The notes beneath the pieces are model-generated. The model did no database searches and was not told the origin of the DNA. It worked only from the letters and a program-made list of their open reading frames with translations. A stretch of 36,813 nt of DNA, from the NCBI GenBank assembly GCA_026397385.1, contig JAPLUY010000005.1:1-36813 (forward strand), given 5' to 3'. The DNA is from Candidatus Aenigmatarchaeota archaeon (GTDB lineage Archaea; Aenigmatarchaeota; Aenigmatarchaeia; CG10238-14; SCSR01). Position numbers and translations under genes: made by a program. Position 1 is the first letter of the stretch, and each line of letters starts with the position of its first letter. Below, piece by piece: positions 1-8,386 of the stretch.

Positions 1-1712
1 TTGCGAACGCAATCATAGAAAACAAGCCCGAGAGGACGGTGAAGAAGCTCTTCACGGACAAGGAGGAAGGCGAGAAGGTCGACGTGATCGAGACCAAGGA
101 CGATGACGACCAGGCGAATTTCATCCTCAAGACCGTAAAGGAGCTGCTGAAGAAGTACAGCATGAAGGACATAGCGATACTTTGCAGGGGGAGGGCAAGC
201 GCTGGACTGATCGTCGACGCCTTCCGGAAGCACGGCATCCCGTTCCACTTCGTCGGCGAGGCTGGATTCTTCGAGGAGCCTATAGTCAAGGACGTCATGT
301 CTTATCTCAAGGTCGTCGATGACCCAGTGGAGAGCAACGCGGAGATGGTGAGGATACTCCACAGGGACATCTACTCGATAAGGAGGACGGACATAGCGAA
401 GTTCAACACCTACGCGTCGGACAACGACCTCAGCGCTTTCGAGGCGCTTGAGCACATCAATAAGATGGACATAGACAGGAAGAGGTTCGAGGCGGCGAGG
501 TCGGTGCTGGAGGATCTGATAAAGTCCAAGAGTAAGATGAAGCTGCTCGAGCTGGTGCACAAGCTGCTTTTCGAGACGGACTTCTACAGGTACGAGATAG
601 CCTTCGACAACAAGAAGAACATCGCCCTTTTGAACAAGTTCTACAAGTTTGTCGAGGAGTATGACGGCATATACCGCGGCTTTTCTACGTAGGCGTGACG
701 AGGGCGGAGAAGAAGCTCATAATAACCTATGCGAAGAGGTACGGAGACAACAAGACCGATTCGAAGCCCTCGAGGTTCCTTGAGGAGATTGCATACAGGA
801 AGAACCCGAATGTCAAGTTCGAATCGGTGGAGGTCGAAAGGACGGAAGTAGAGGAGACGAAGATTGAAAGGCGGGTGCACGACATGCTGCTAAGGGAGGC
901 CGTTTCCGCGCTTAGGCTGAACGACTACAACCTGGCCATAGAGAAGGTATTGCTCATGGCGAAGGCGATAAACGAGGACACGGACATCGAAAAGGACATA
1001 ATCGGCAAGATCAAGGCTCCCGACTGCAGCGAGGTCTTGAGGCAGATAAAGGACGGACGGATGGTCCAGGAAAAGCTGATCATGGAAGGCTCCACGCGAC
1101 TTCGGAGCCACGGTGCACGACGTGATAGAGCAGCTCACGAGGATGATTATGGACGGCCGGAAGCCAAGCGAAAAGGACGCGCTGGAGCTGCTGAAAAGGA
1201 GATGGGATCCCAAGGGCTACGGGTCCAAGCTGGACGAGAAGAGGGACTACGATGAGGGGAAGGATATACTCAAGACCTTCCTCAAGGAGCAGACTGCGAT
1301 GAAGGGCGATATCGTGGACATAGAGAGGTCCTTCACCACGGACGTGGACGGCATAAAGATGACAGGAAGGATCGACAGGATAGACAAGGACGGCGAGGAC
1401 TACACGGTCATCGACTACAAGACCGCGAAGAAGGTCCTGTCGGAGAAGGAGATAAGGGAGGACCTGCAGCTGCTGATGTACTCGCTTGTCACGGAGAAGC
1501 TCTACGGGAAGAAGCCAAGCAGGATAGGCATCTGGTTCCTGCGGCACAACAAGAAGGTCTTCGTGGAGGTGGACGGCGCCTCCCTGGAGGCGATGAAGGC
1601 AGACGTGAAGGCGGCCGTCGAGAAGATCATGTCCGAAGCTTTCGATCCAACGCCCGGATGGGAGTGCAAGAACTGCGACTACGACTGCCTGTGCGACGCG
1701 AGGAAAATGTGA
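1..1712 (+). pseudogene. UvrD/PcrA-family helicase fused to C-terminal PD-(D/E)XK Fe-S nuclease (AddA/AdnA-like); 5'-partial, in three frames with two internal deletions
   Basis: Frame is open from the window edge (ANAIIENKPERT.K.L). DIAILCR and FFEEPIVKD motifs lie in 39-692, motif VI RLFYVGVTRA starts at 677 in a new frame, PSRFLEEI follows, and the nuclease motifs DFGATVHDVIE, GRIDRID, VIDYKT, QLLMY and CKNCDYDCLC lie in 1098-1712. Motif V and the first nuclease Cys segment are missing. May be intact in the real genome. Confidence 0.85.
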
Positions 1713-1718
1713 GGGAAA

Positions 1719-1754
1719 AATATATTATTAGAAAAATGCAATAAATTATTAGAA
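1719..1754 (+). repeat. 15-bp direct repeat AATAWATTATTAGAA x2, 21-bp period, upstream of half-TBP
   Basis: aatatattattagaa at 1719-1733 and aataaattattagaa at 1740-1754. Confidence 0.55.
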
Positions 1755-1789
1755 GTCGAAAAAATAAAGGATTTATTTGGTGGCAACAA

Positions 1790-2125
1790 ATGAAACAAAA
1801 AAAATCAGCAATTCAAAATTTTTTAAAAAATAAATCGGAGTGTGAACCTAAAATTGTCAACATCGTTGCAACTGGCAATTTTTCGAAAAGACTTAATATT
1901 AATTCACTAGCAAGAAATCTGGATGTAGAAGAAAAAATATATGACCCTGAGACGTATCCAGCTTTACTTGTAAAAGTAGGAAAAAATAAAAAACACGTGA
2001 CCCTATATTCAAGTGGTAAATACATTATTGTAGGAGTGACGTCTAAAAAAGAATTATTTTTAGTATACAAAGAAATAGTAAAAAAATTAAAGAAAGCCGG
2101 AGCATTAAACTCCAATTTTCAATGA
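1790..2125 (+). CDS. Single-repeat TATA-binding-protein-like protein (half TBP), 111 aa
   Basis: Aligns end-to-end by eye with one repeat of the TBP at 6944-7540: IVNIVATG / LNINSLA / YDPETYPAL / LYSSGK..IVG / KKLKKAGAL. GGTGG lies upstream of the ATG. Confidence 0.85.
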   Translation: MKQKKSAIQNFLKNKSECEPKIVNIVATGNFSKRLNINSLARNLDVEEKIYDPETYPALLVKVGKNKKHVTLYSSGKYIIVGVTSKKELFLVYKEIVKKLKKAGALNSNFQ

Positions 2126-2313
2126 TGATAAATAAAAATTAAATATGTAATAGAAAATTTTCAGAATGAAGGTCGTGAAACGGGTACATTTCAATTGGTG
2201 TATGTGTTTTAATTAAGAACTTTTTTAGAAGTATGAAAAGTTATGCGGGAGGAGGTTATTAATCTCAGAGGGTTAAGATTATCATAAAACATCACTTAAA
2301 GAAGGTATTACAA

Positions 2314-4095
2314 ATGAATGAAGATATCCACGATTCTATTTTTACGAAAAACATACAAAGAGGACTAGATAAAAAAATCATTAAAGTAGAAAATGATGGT
2401 TCTAAAATAATTTATTATTGCAAGAGAAATTACTCAACCTCTTTTAAAAATCCGGAAGAAAGAGTCAGAGCTTCTTATTTTTGTGAGCTTGTTATAGATT
2501 ACGATTATCAGCCAAAAAATATAGATATTGAGGTTACGGTTCCTAGAAGGACGCCGGAAGACAGGGCAGATATTGTTGTTTATGATGAGGACGGTGCAGA
2601 ATATCTTGTTGTTGAATGCAAAAAAGACGGAATAACTGATGCTGAATTTAAACAGGCAATTGAACAAGTTTTTGGAAATGCAAATAGCCTAAGGGCAAAG
2701 TTTGCCTCTGTCATTGCAGGTATTACTAAAACTGCTTTTGATGTTTCAGGGTTCAAACCAAATGAAAGAGAAAAAAATGTTATTTCCGACATTCCTAAAA
2801 AATATGGAAAAACACCAAAATACAAATTCGTCAAAGGATACCCATACAAAGAATTAAAGGAAGTCTCTAGGGAGGAATTAATAAGAGCATTGGAAAAATC
2901 ACATGATACGGTTTGGCAAGGTGGAAAATTAGCGCCTACTACCGCTTTTGACGAAGTTTCTAAATTACTTTTTTGTAAATTAAGAGATGAAAAAATAACA
3001 AAGAAAGGCGAAGCTTACAGTTTTCAGATAGGAACTCATGAATCTTCGGAAGAAATTTTTAAGAGGATAGATGTAATTTATCAGAAAGCAAAGGCTGAAG
3101 ACTCAGAAGTCTTTAAGGAAGATATAAAATTAGAACCAAGAGTAGTTTATAGTGTTGTTGAACATTTGCAGGAATTAGCAATAGGCAAGATAGATTTAGA
3201 TACAAAGGGTGTTGCGTTTGAGCGATTTATGGAAGACTTTTTTAAGGGCAAGATGGGACAATTTTTTACACCGAGAGAAATAATAAACTTCTGCGTTGAA
3301 ATTATGAACCCGGAAAGAAGCGATTTAGTTATAGATCCCGCTTGCGGGTCTGGTGGTTTTTTGCTTAACGCTCTTGATAAAGTTAGAAAATTTTCAGAAT
3401 TGAATTACGATGAAATGGAAGCGTGGGAAAATTGGCATAAGTTTGCTATGAATAATCTTTATGGAATTGAAATAAATGATCAAATTGCAAGAGTTTGTAA
3501 GATGAATATGATAATTCATGATGATGGACACACAAATATTATCAGCACAGATTCATTGAAAAATATTGATGAAATCACAAAAATCCACAAAGGATTTAAG
3601 AAAGCTCAATTTGACATTCTTTTAACAAATCCCCCGTTTGGAGCAATTGTAAAATCTACAGAAAAAGATTATTTGGACAAATATGAATTGGGTAAAGATA
3701 AACAAAACCAAAAAACAGAGATTTTATTCATAGAAAGATGTTTGGATTTCCTAAAGCCAAATGGAAAAATGGCGATTGTTTTACCGGATGGAATTTTAAC
3801 AAATTCCTCTTTACAATATGTTAGAGATTTCTTGATAAAAAAGTCGCAGATTTTGGCAATTGTTAGTTTACCGCAATTTGCGTTTACACATTTCGGAGCG
3901 GGGGTCAAATCCTCTCTTATTTTTGTAAGAAAGAAAAAAGAAGAAGAAACAAACAACTGTCCTATTTTTATGGCGATCGCTGAACACATCGGTTACGATG
4001 CAACGGGAAGGAAAGATGCGATCAACGACTTAAATAAAATTTATGACGAATATAAAAAATTCGAGAAGGATCCAAAGTCTTACAAGGGAGTTTAA
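2314..4095 (+). CDS. hsdM: N6-adenine DNA methyltransferase with N-terminal HsdR_N-type PD-(D/E)XK nuclease domain (fused RM subunit)
   Basis: PEERVR, RADIVVY...VECK, GQFFTPR, DPACGSGGFL, NPPFG, AIVLPDGIL. Confidence 0.9.
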   Translation: MNEDIHDSIFTKNIQRGLDKKIIKVENDGSKIIYYCKRNYSTSFKNPEERVRASYFCELVIDYDYQPKNIDIEVTVPRRTPEDRADIVVYDEDGAEYLVVECKKDGITDAEFKQAIEQVFGNANSLRAKFASVIAGITKTAFDVSGFKPNEREKNVISDIPKKYGKTPKYKFVKGYPYKELKEVSREELIRALEKSHDTVWQGGKLAPTTAFDEVSKLLFCKLRDEKITKKGEAYSFQIGTHESSEEIFKRIDVIYQKAKAEDSEVFKEDIKLEPRVVYSVVEHLQELAIGKIDLDTKGVAFERFMEDFFKGKMGQFFTPREIINFCVEIMNPERSDLVIDPACGSGGFLLNALDKVRKFSELNYDEMEAWENWHKFAMNNLYGIEINDQIARVCKMNMIIHDDGHTNIISTDSLKNIDEITKIHKGFKKAQFDILLTNPPFGAIVKSTEKDYLDKYELGKDKQNQKTEILFIERCLDFLKPNGKMAIVLPDGILTNSSLQYVRDFLIKKSQILAIVSLPQFAFTHFGAGVKSSLIFVRKKKEEETNNCPIFMAIAEHIGYDATGRKDAINDLNKIYDEYKKFEKDPKSYKGV

Positions 4096-4096
4096 G

Positions 4097-5479
4097 ATGG
4101 AATGCTTTACTATCCTTGCTGATGAAATTGATCAAAGGAGATTAGATCCTTACTATCATTCTAAAATTTTTAAAGATAATGAAAAAATAATAAGAAACTC
4201 TAAATTTGAAGTAAAACTGTTGAAGGATGTTTCTAAAAAAATAGTTGACGGTCCTTTCGGTAGTCAACTAAAAGTAGAGGAATATGTTGAAAAAGGAATC
4301 CCACTAATCAGAGTCAAAGATGTTAAAGATCAAGAATTACTTGAAGATAATTTTGTATACATTTCTAAAGAAAAACAAGAACAACTAAAGAGAAGTAAAG
4401 TACTTCCAGGAGATGTACTTTTAACTAAGGCGGGTTCTATTGGAAATGCATGTGTTTTTCCAAAACACTTAAGAGAAGCGAACATAACTTCTCACCTGGC
4501 AAAGATAGAAGTAAACAATGTTGTATACCCAGAATATTTATGTAAATATTTAAACACAAAATATGGCAGATTACAAATATTTAGAGAAGGAAATAAAACT
4601 ACACGACCGGAGCTAAATATTTCCGAAGTTTCCTCCATACTTGTTATAGTCCCTCCATTGGGAAAACAGGAAAAAATAGTTCAATTGATGGATAAATCAT
4701 ATTTTCAAAAGAGGGAAAAAAAACTAGAAGCCCAGAATTTACTTGATTCATTAAATGATTATGTTCTTGGAGAATTGGGAATAGTCCCACTCAAATTAAA
4801 GGATAAAATGATTTATGTTGTTAATTATGATACTGTTAAAAATAATAGATTAGATGCTTACTATTATCAGCCTAAATTTGAAGAAGTGGAAAATATAATT
4901 AAGAACTGTGGAGTTGAGGTTAAAAAGTTAAAAGAATGTTTTGATGGTGAGTTAGTCAAAGGGATATTGCCCACCGATAAAGAAAAAGAAGGTGGTGCAA
5001 AAGTTTTACAGATTAAAAACATTCTTAGAAACGGATTGATAAATACTTCTAAATATGTTACTGCCAAAAATATCTTTGGGTCAGAACATAAGATAAAAAA
5101 GGGAGAAGTGATACTAGTCATTACTGGGGCAACAATTGGTAAAGTTGGTTTATGGTATTCTAATGAAGATTTTTATCTTGGTGGGGATATGGTAAAATTT
5201 TTTACAAGTGACAATGTTGATCCATACTATATTCAAGCCTTCTTATTGTCCCAATTAGGGCAATATCAATTATTGAGACATATTACGGGAGCGACAAACA
5301 AACATTTGTCTCCTGATGATATTGAGAAAATTAAAATTCCTATTCCATCGTTTAGTGTTCAAAACAAAATTGGCGAAGAATTTAAAAAACGAATGCAAAA
5401 AGCTGAACAATTGAAAAATGAAGCTAAAGAAGATTTTGAAAAAACTAAACAAGAAGTTGAAAAGATGATTCTAGGTTAG
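4097..5479 (+). CDS. hsdS: Type I-like restriction-modification specificity subunit with two TRDs
   Basis: Internal duplication RLDPYY/RLDAYY, GPFGSQLK, GDVLLTKAGSIG, PPLGKQEKIV, IPIPSFSVQNKI. The ATG at 4097 sits just after the MTase stop. Confidence 0.88.
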   Translation: MECFTILADEIDQRRLDPYYHSKIFKDNEKIIRNSKFEVKLLKDVSKKIVDGPFGSQLKVEEYVEKGIPLIRVKDVKDQELLEDNFVYISKEKQEQLKRSKVLPGDVLLTKAGSIGNACVFPKHLREANITSHLAKIEVNNVVYPEYLCKYLNTKYGRLQIFREGNKTTRPELNISEVSSILVIVPPLGKQEKIVQLMDKSYFQKREKKLEAQNLLDSLNDYVLGELGIVPLKLKDKMIYVVNYDTVKNNRLDAYYYQPKFEEVENIIKNCGVEVKKLKECFDGELVKGILPTDKEKEGGAKVLQIKNILRNGLINTSKYVTAKNIFGSEHKIKKGEVILVITGATIGKVGLWYSNEDFYLGGDMVKFFTSDNVDPYYIQAFLLSQLGQYQLLRHITGATNKHLSPDDIEKIKIPIPSFSVQNKIGEEFKKRMQKAEQLKNEAKEDFEKTKQEVEKMILG

Positions 5480-5536
5480 AAAAATTGATTATATATATTT
5501 TCAAATATTATTTTCTGGGGATTAACTAAATTAACA

Positions 5537-5833
5537 TTAAATAATTCCTGAAAACCCAAGTTCTTTGAGTTCCTCTAGTCTTTTTTTCTTATCTATGTTA
5601 TTCGTCTGAGTACCTTCTCTCCAAGCGCGTTCTATCTCCTTCGCGGACTTGCCACAGTTCGGACATTTATCTGATAAAAGTTCGTGCCCCTCTGCCTTTT
5701 TGTGCCATCTAGTGTTCTTGGCAATTGCACTTCTGCTGATGCTAGCCGCAGTATGACTAGGCCACCAGAGAATCTCCAGAACCTCATGCTCGCAGAAAGG
5801 ACACATTTCTTTGAGTTTCTGATGTGGATCCAT
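5537..5833 (-). CDS. Small zinc-ribbon hypothetical protein
   Basis: CPFC and CPNC pairs in 98 aa. Confidence 0.7.
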   Translation of the reverse strand: MDPHQKLKEMCPFCEHEVLEILWWPSHTAASISRSAIAKNTRWHKKAEGHELLSDKCPNCGKSAKEIERAWREGTQTNNIDKKKRLEELKELGFSGII

Positions 5834-5958
5834 GATTTAATAATGTCTAGGAGTTAATTAAAAAGAATATTAAAAGTCTGGCTTTGCATATTCTGTCAAC
5901 AAGCCATGGTGACGAGAAATTTTGTCGCACGCGGGTGATTCATTTTTAAAGACGCTAA

Positions 5959-6420
5959 TTAGCCGCTGGCTTCTGAAGCTTCCACTTCCTTTCGTATTTT
6001 TGCTATATGTTGCTTCGCTGTTTCGGGGGCTATAGTTTCTATGTGCAAATCCCCACATTTTGCACGTTCCGTTTCGTCTTCGGTTACAACAACAACGTCT
6101 AGTCCTTCAAGCTGTTTCAGCTGAGCTAGTTTGACGGTGGACTCGATCGGTGTAAGGGAAGCGGAGGGGTTGTCCTCGTGCAGTAGGCCTTTTACACACC
6201 CTATATACCAGTGCTTTTCCGGATAAGCCGCAAAAAGACTGTTCAGCACGGACGACGTAACGCAAAAGTTAAGTTCCATCTTGTGGCATTTGCAATCCAT
6301 CACTTCTTTGAGCATGGCTTTAGATGGTGTTTCCACGTAATGCTTCTCTATGGATTTGTTAAGCGCGGAAAACCCGAAAATGAACACTTGAAAATCGTCT
6401 CGTACGTGCTCTTCAAACAT
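5959..6420 (-). CDS. Hypothetical protein, possibly degenerate PIN-domain
   Basis: The C-terminal VVVVTED...IETIAPE pattern resembles the PIN end. The first catalytic Asp position reads FIFGFSAL. GAGGGG lies upstream. Confidence 0.5.
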   Translation of the reverse strand: MFEEHVRDDFQVFIFGFSALNKSIEKHYVETPSKAMLKEVMDCKCHKMELNFCVTSSVLNSLFAAYPEKHWYIGCVKGLLHEDNPSASLTPIESTVKLAQLKQLEGLDVVVVTEDETERAKCGDLHIETIAPETAKQHIAKIRKEVEASEASG

Positions 6421-6475
6421 ATGTGCCCCTCAGTGCTAAAAGTAAGTCCGTTCAGAACTTGCTTTTTTAAGCAGT

Positions 6476-6739
6476 TTAATCTTCGGCAACCGCAAAGATG
6501 TCAGGTGTTTGAGTAACGTTTGCGGCTTTAATTATCCTAAGAGGCGAGTGCATCGTAATCCTGACAGAAATGATGTCTTGCGGTTGTGCCGAATCTATGA
6601 TTTCCCGCGCAGGCCCCTCGACGACGAACCCGTATTTTTTGACGGTAGTCCTGATGGTATCGGCGGGCAGGTATTTCACGGCTTCAAATTCTTCTTTGTT
6701 TGAGTTCATTTCTATCATCTTCATACTAGCCTCTGGCAA
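6476..6739 (-). CDS. Small hypothetical protein (start uncertain)
   Basis: 87-aa ORF co-oriented with the two downstream genes, with a TTTAAA box upstream. Confidence 0.45.
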   Translation of the reverse strand: MPEASMKMIEMNSNKEEFEAVKYLPADTIRTTVKKYGFVVEGPAREIIDSAQPQDIISVRITMHSPLRIIKAANVTQTPDIFAVAED

Positions 6740-6943
6740 TTCGTAATCGCATGGCTAAGAATTTAAACTTGAGCCCAACGCGCACCAGAGCTATGTAAAA
6801 TATGGGCTAGCTACATGATAAGTTTAACGTCCACCTTCGGAGATCATCGACAGTTCCCTTGACAATCTTCACAACCGCCTCGCTGTTCTTATAATCGTCG
6901 TCTATCTTGAACTTGGACTTCCTTCAAGTCTTCCGCCCGTCCA

Positions 6944-7540
6944 CTAAGCCTTCGTCGCGGGCTTCGGCTTGATTATCGCGCCTATTTCCTTGAGCTTCTT
7001 AGAGACGCGCGCGACTGCGATTCCGATGTCCTTCACGTTGCGTGCGCCTGCGCAGATGACCTTGCCGCTGCCGAACAGCAGGAACGCGACCTTCGGGTCC
7101 TTCATGCGGTAGACGAGGCCAGGGAACTGCTCGGGCTCGTACTCTGAGTTGTCCAGGTTGAACGCGATCTTGTCGAGGTCCAGCGTACCATCGAGCTTGG
7201 CCGAGGCCACGATGTTCTCGACCTGCACCTTATAGTCCTTGGGCAGCTTCACGCCCGACTTGGTGATGAGTTCGGCCACGCGCTCGAAGACGAGCTTGAC
7301 GTCGGATATGTTGCGGCAGCCCGTGCAGACGACCTTCCCGCTGCCGAAGATCAAGGCAGCGGCCTTCGGCTCCTTCATGCGGTAGACCACGCCCGGAAAA
7401 CGCTCCGGCTCGTACTCCATCCCGCCCGTCTTTACCAGCCTTTCCAGCTGTATGCGTACGCCAAACGTGGCGGTAGCGACCGTGTTCTCCACGTGAATCC
7501 CGAACTCCTTAGAGGCTGTCAATAGAAAACGACCTAGCAT
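6944..7540 (-). CDS. tbp: TATA-box-binding protein (two repeats); true start possibly TTG at 7522
   Basis: Two repeats: VENTVAT...YEPERFPGVVYR...IFGSGKVVCTG and VENIVAS...YEPEQFPGLVYR...LFGSGKVICAG. Confidence 0.97.
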   Translation of the reverse strand: MLGRFLLTASKEFGIHVENTVATATFGVRIQLERLVKTGGMEYEPERFPGVVYRMKEPKAAALIFGSGKVVCTGCRNISDVKLVFERVAELITKSGVKLPKDYKVQVENIVASAKLDGTLDLDKIAFNLDNSEYEPEQFPGLVYRMKDPKVAFLLFGSGKVICAGARNVKDIGIAVARVSKKLKEIGAIIKPKPATKA

Positions 7541-7577
7541 AAATTAGTCATGCACCCACATATACTCGATATATGGC

Positions 7578-7680
7578 GCCCTGGCAGGCCCGGACGGGCG
7601 TCGCCCGAACCACGGGAGGTGGTGGGAAGGGCAGATATCCTTCCGGGGTGCAACGGAATCGTATGGAAGCATTGCCGGGA
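7578..7680 (+). other. GC-rich, putatively structured intergenic element (copy A)
   Basis: Closing stem cctggca 7580-7586 / tgccggg 7673-7679; hairpins gccc-ggac-gggc, accac-gggag-gtggt and ggaagg...ccttcc. Similar to the minus strand of 9668-9728. Confidence 0.4.
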
Positions 7681-7691
7681 TCAAAACTTAA

Positions 7692-7715
7692 GTATTATAT
7701 AGACGTATATAATAC
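7692..7715. promoter_or_regulatory. Perfect inverted repeat operator next to TATA of TA-like operon
   Basis: GTATTATATA-gacg-TATATAATAC, between the aaaacttaagta BRE/TATA-like box and the ATG at 7723. Confidence 0.75.
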
Positions 7716-7722
7716 AGATAAC

Positions 7723-8022
7723 ATGCCCCAGAAACGTAAGACCGAAGCCTCGCAGGCCAGGCGCGCGAACAGCATCCTGCACTACCCGAGGCTGGACACG
7801 GTCATGATGATCGAGGATGCAATACGCGACGCGAAGGAATACCCTTCCAAGCGCCAGCTCTGGCTGTCGCTGAAGAGGAAGGTGATGTACCAGACGTTCC
7901 TCGTGGTGCTCGACTACCTCGAAAAATCGAACAAGATACTGCTGAACAGGGGCAAGATCATCTGGATATGGGACCCGGAAGGTGCTAAAAAATACCTGAA
8001 AGACGGGTTGATAGTCAGATGA
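7723..8022 (+). CDS. Winged-helix DNA-binding protein, putative antitoxin (99 aa)
   Basis: Helix-turn-helix-wing pattern (SKRQLWLSL...YQTFLVVLDYLEKSNKILLNRGKIIW). Start reassigned to 7723, after the promoter. ATGA overlap with the next gene. Confidence 0.7.
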   Translation: MPQKRKTEASQARRANSILHYPRLDTVMMIEDAIRDAKEYPSKRQLWLSLKRKVMYQTFLVVLDYLEKSNKILLNRGKIIWIWDPEGAKKYLKDGLIVR

Positions 8023-8363
8023 GCAACGGCAGCACCGGAACGAGAAGGGTTGTCGTCACATTCGCCGACGACGGCCTTCGCGAGTCATACGAGAGGCTAA
8101 AGAAAGAGGACGACAAGCTGTACAAGGCGATAACGCGCGTGCTCGACTCGCTGAGAAGCAACCCCGCTTTCGGCGTCTCGATAGCGAAGAACCTGATACC
8201 GGCTTACTACGTAAGGAGATATGGCGTGAACAACCTCCACAAATGCAACCTGCCGGGCGGATGGAGGCTTTTGTATTTCGTGAAAGGCACGCAAGCGGAG
8301 GTCGTTTCCATCGTGCTCGAATGGCTCACTCACAAAAAGTACGAAAGAAGGTTCGGTTACTGA
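8019..8363 (+). CDS. RelE/ParE-superfamily-like toxin
   Basis: Basic 114 aa; L..NPAFG, LHKCNLPGGWRLLYFV, LEWLTHKKYE. Confidence 0.65.
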   Translation: MSNGSTGTRRVVVTFADDGLRESYERLKKEDDKLYKAITRVLDSLRSNPAFGVSIAKNLIPAYYVRRYGVNNLHKCNLPGGWRLLYFVKGTQAEVVSIVLEWLTHKKYERRFGY

Positions 8364-8386
8364 ACGGATGCAAAAGCTGAAAATAG

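Larger units (their letters stand above)
1713..6930. mobile_element. AT-rich horizontally acquired (defence-type) island; no integrase or att sites seen
   Basis: Sharp switch to A/T-rich sequence right after the stop at 1712 and a return to GC-rich codon usage at the tbp 3' end. Cargo is an RM system plus orphans. Confidence 0.6.

Noticed and set aside
6778-6801. dif/Xer site at the island edge (gcgca...tatgtaaaat)
   Set aside because: Arm spacing does not fit the 11-6-11 dif layout.
1790-7540. Half-TBP as the split remnant of tbp created by island integration
   Set aside because: The host tbp is complete, and the half gene is on the opposite strand with very different sequence and base composition.
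7578-7680. Element A as 5S rRNA, SRP RNA, tRNA, cobalamin riboswitch or HDV-like ribozyme
   Set aside because: Only partial echoes (CCGAAC, CAGGCCCGGA, CCAC..GGGAAGG, minus-strand 3' GCCA). Spacing is wrong and the defining cores (loop E, GGAA/AGCAG, T-loop, AGGGAA, J4/2) are missing.
7573-7722. 50-codon N-terminal extension of the wHTH gene
   Set aside because: It runs through the structured element, TATA box and operator; ATG 7723 fits the promoter better.
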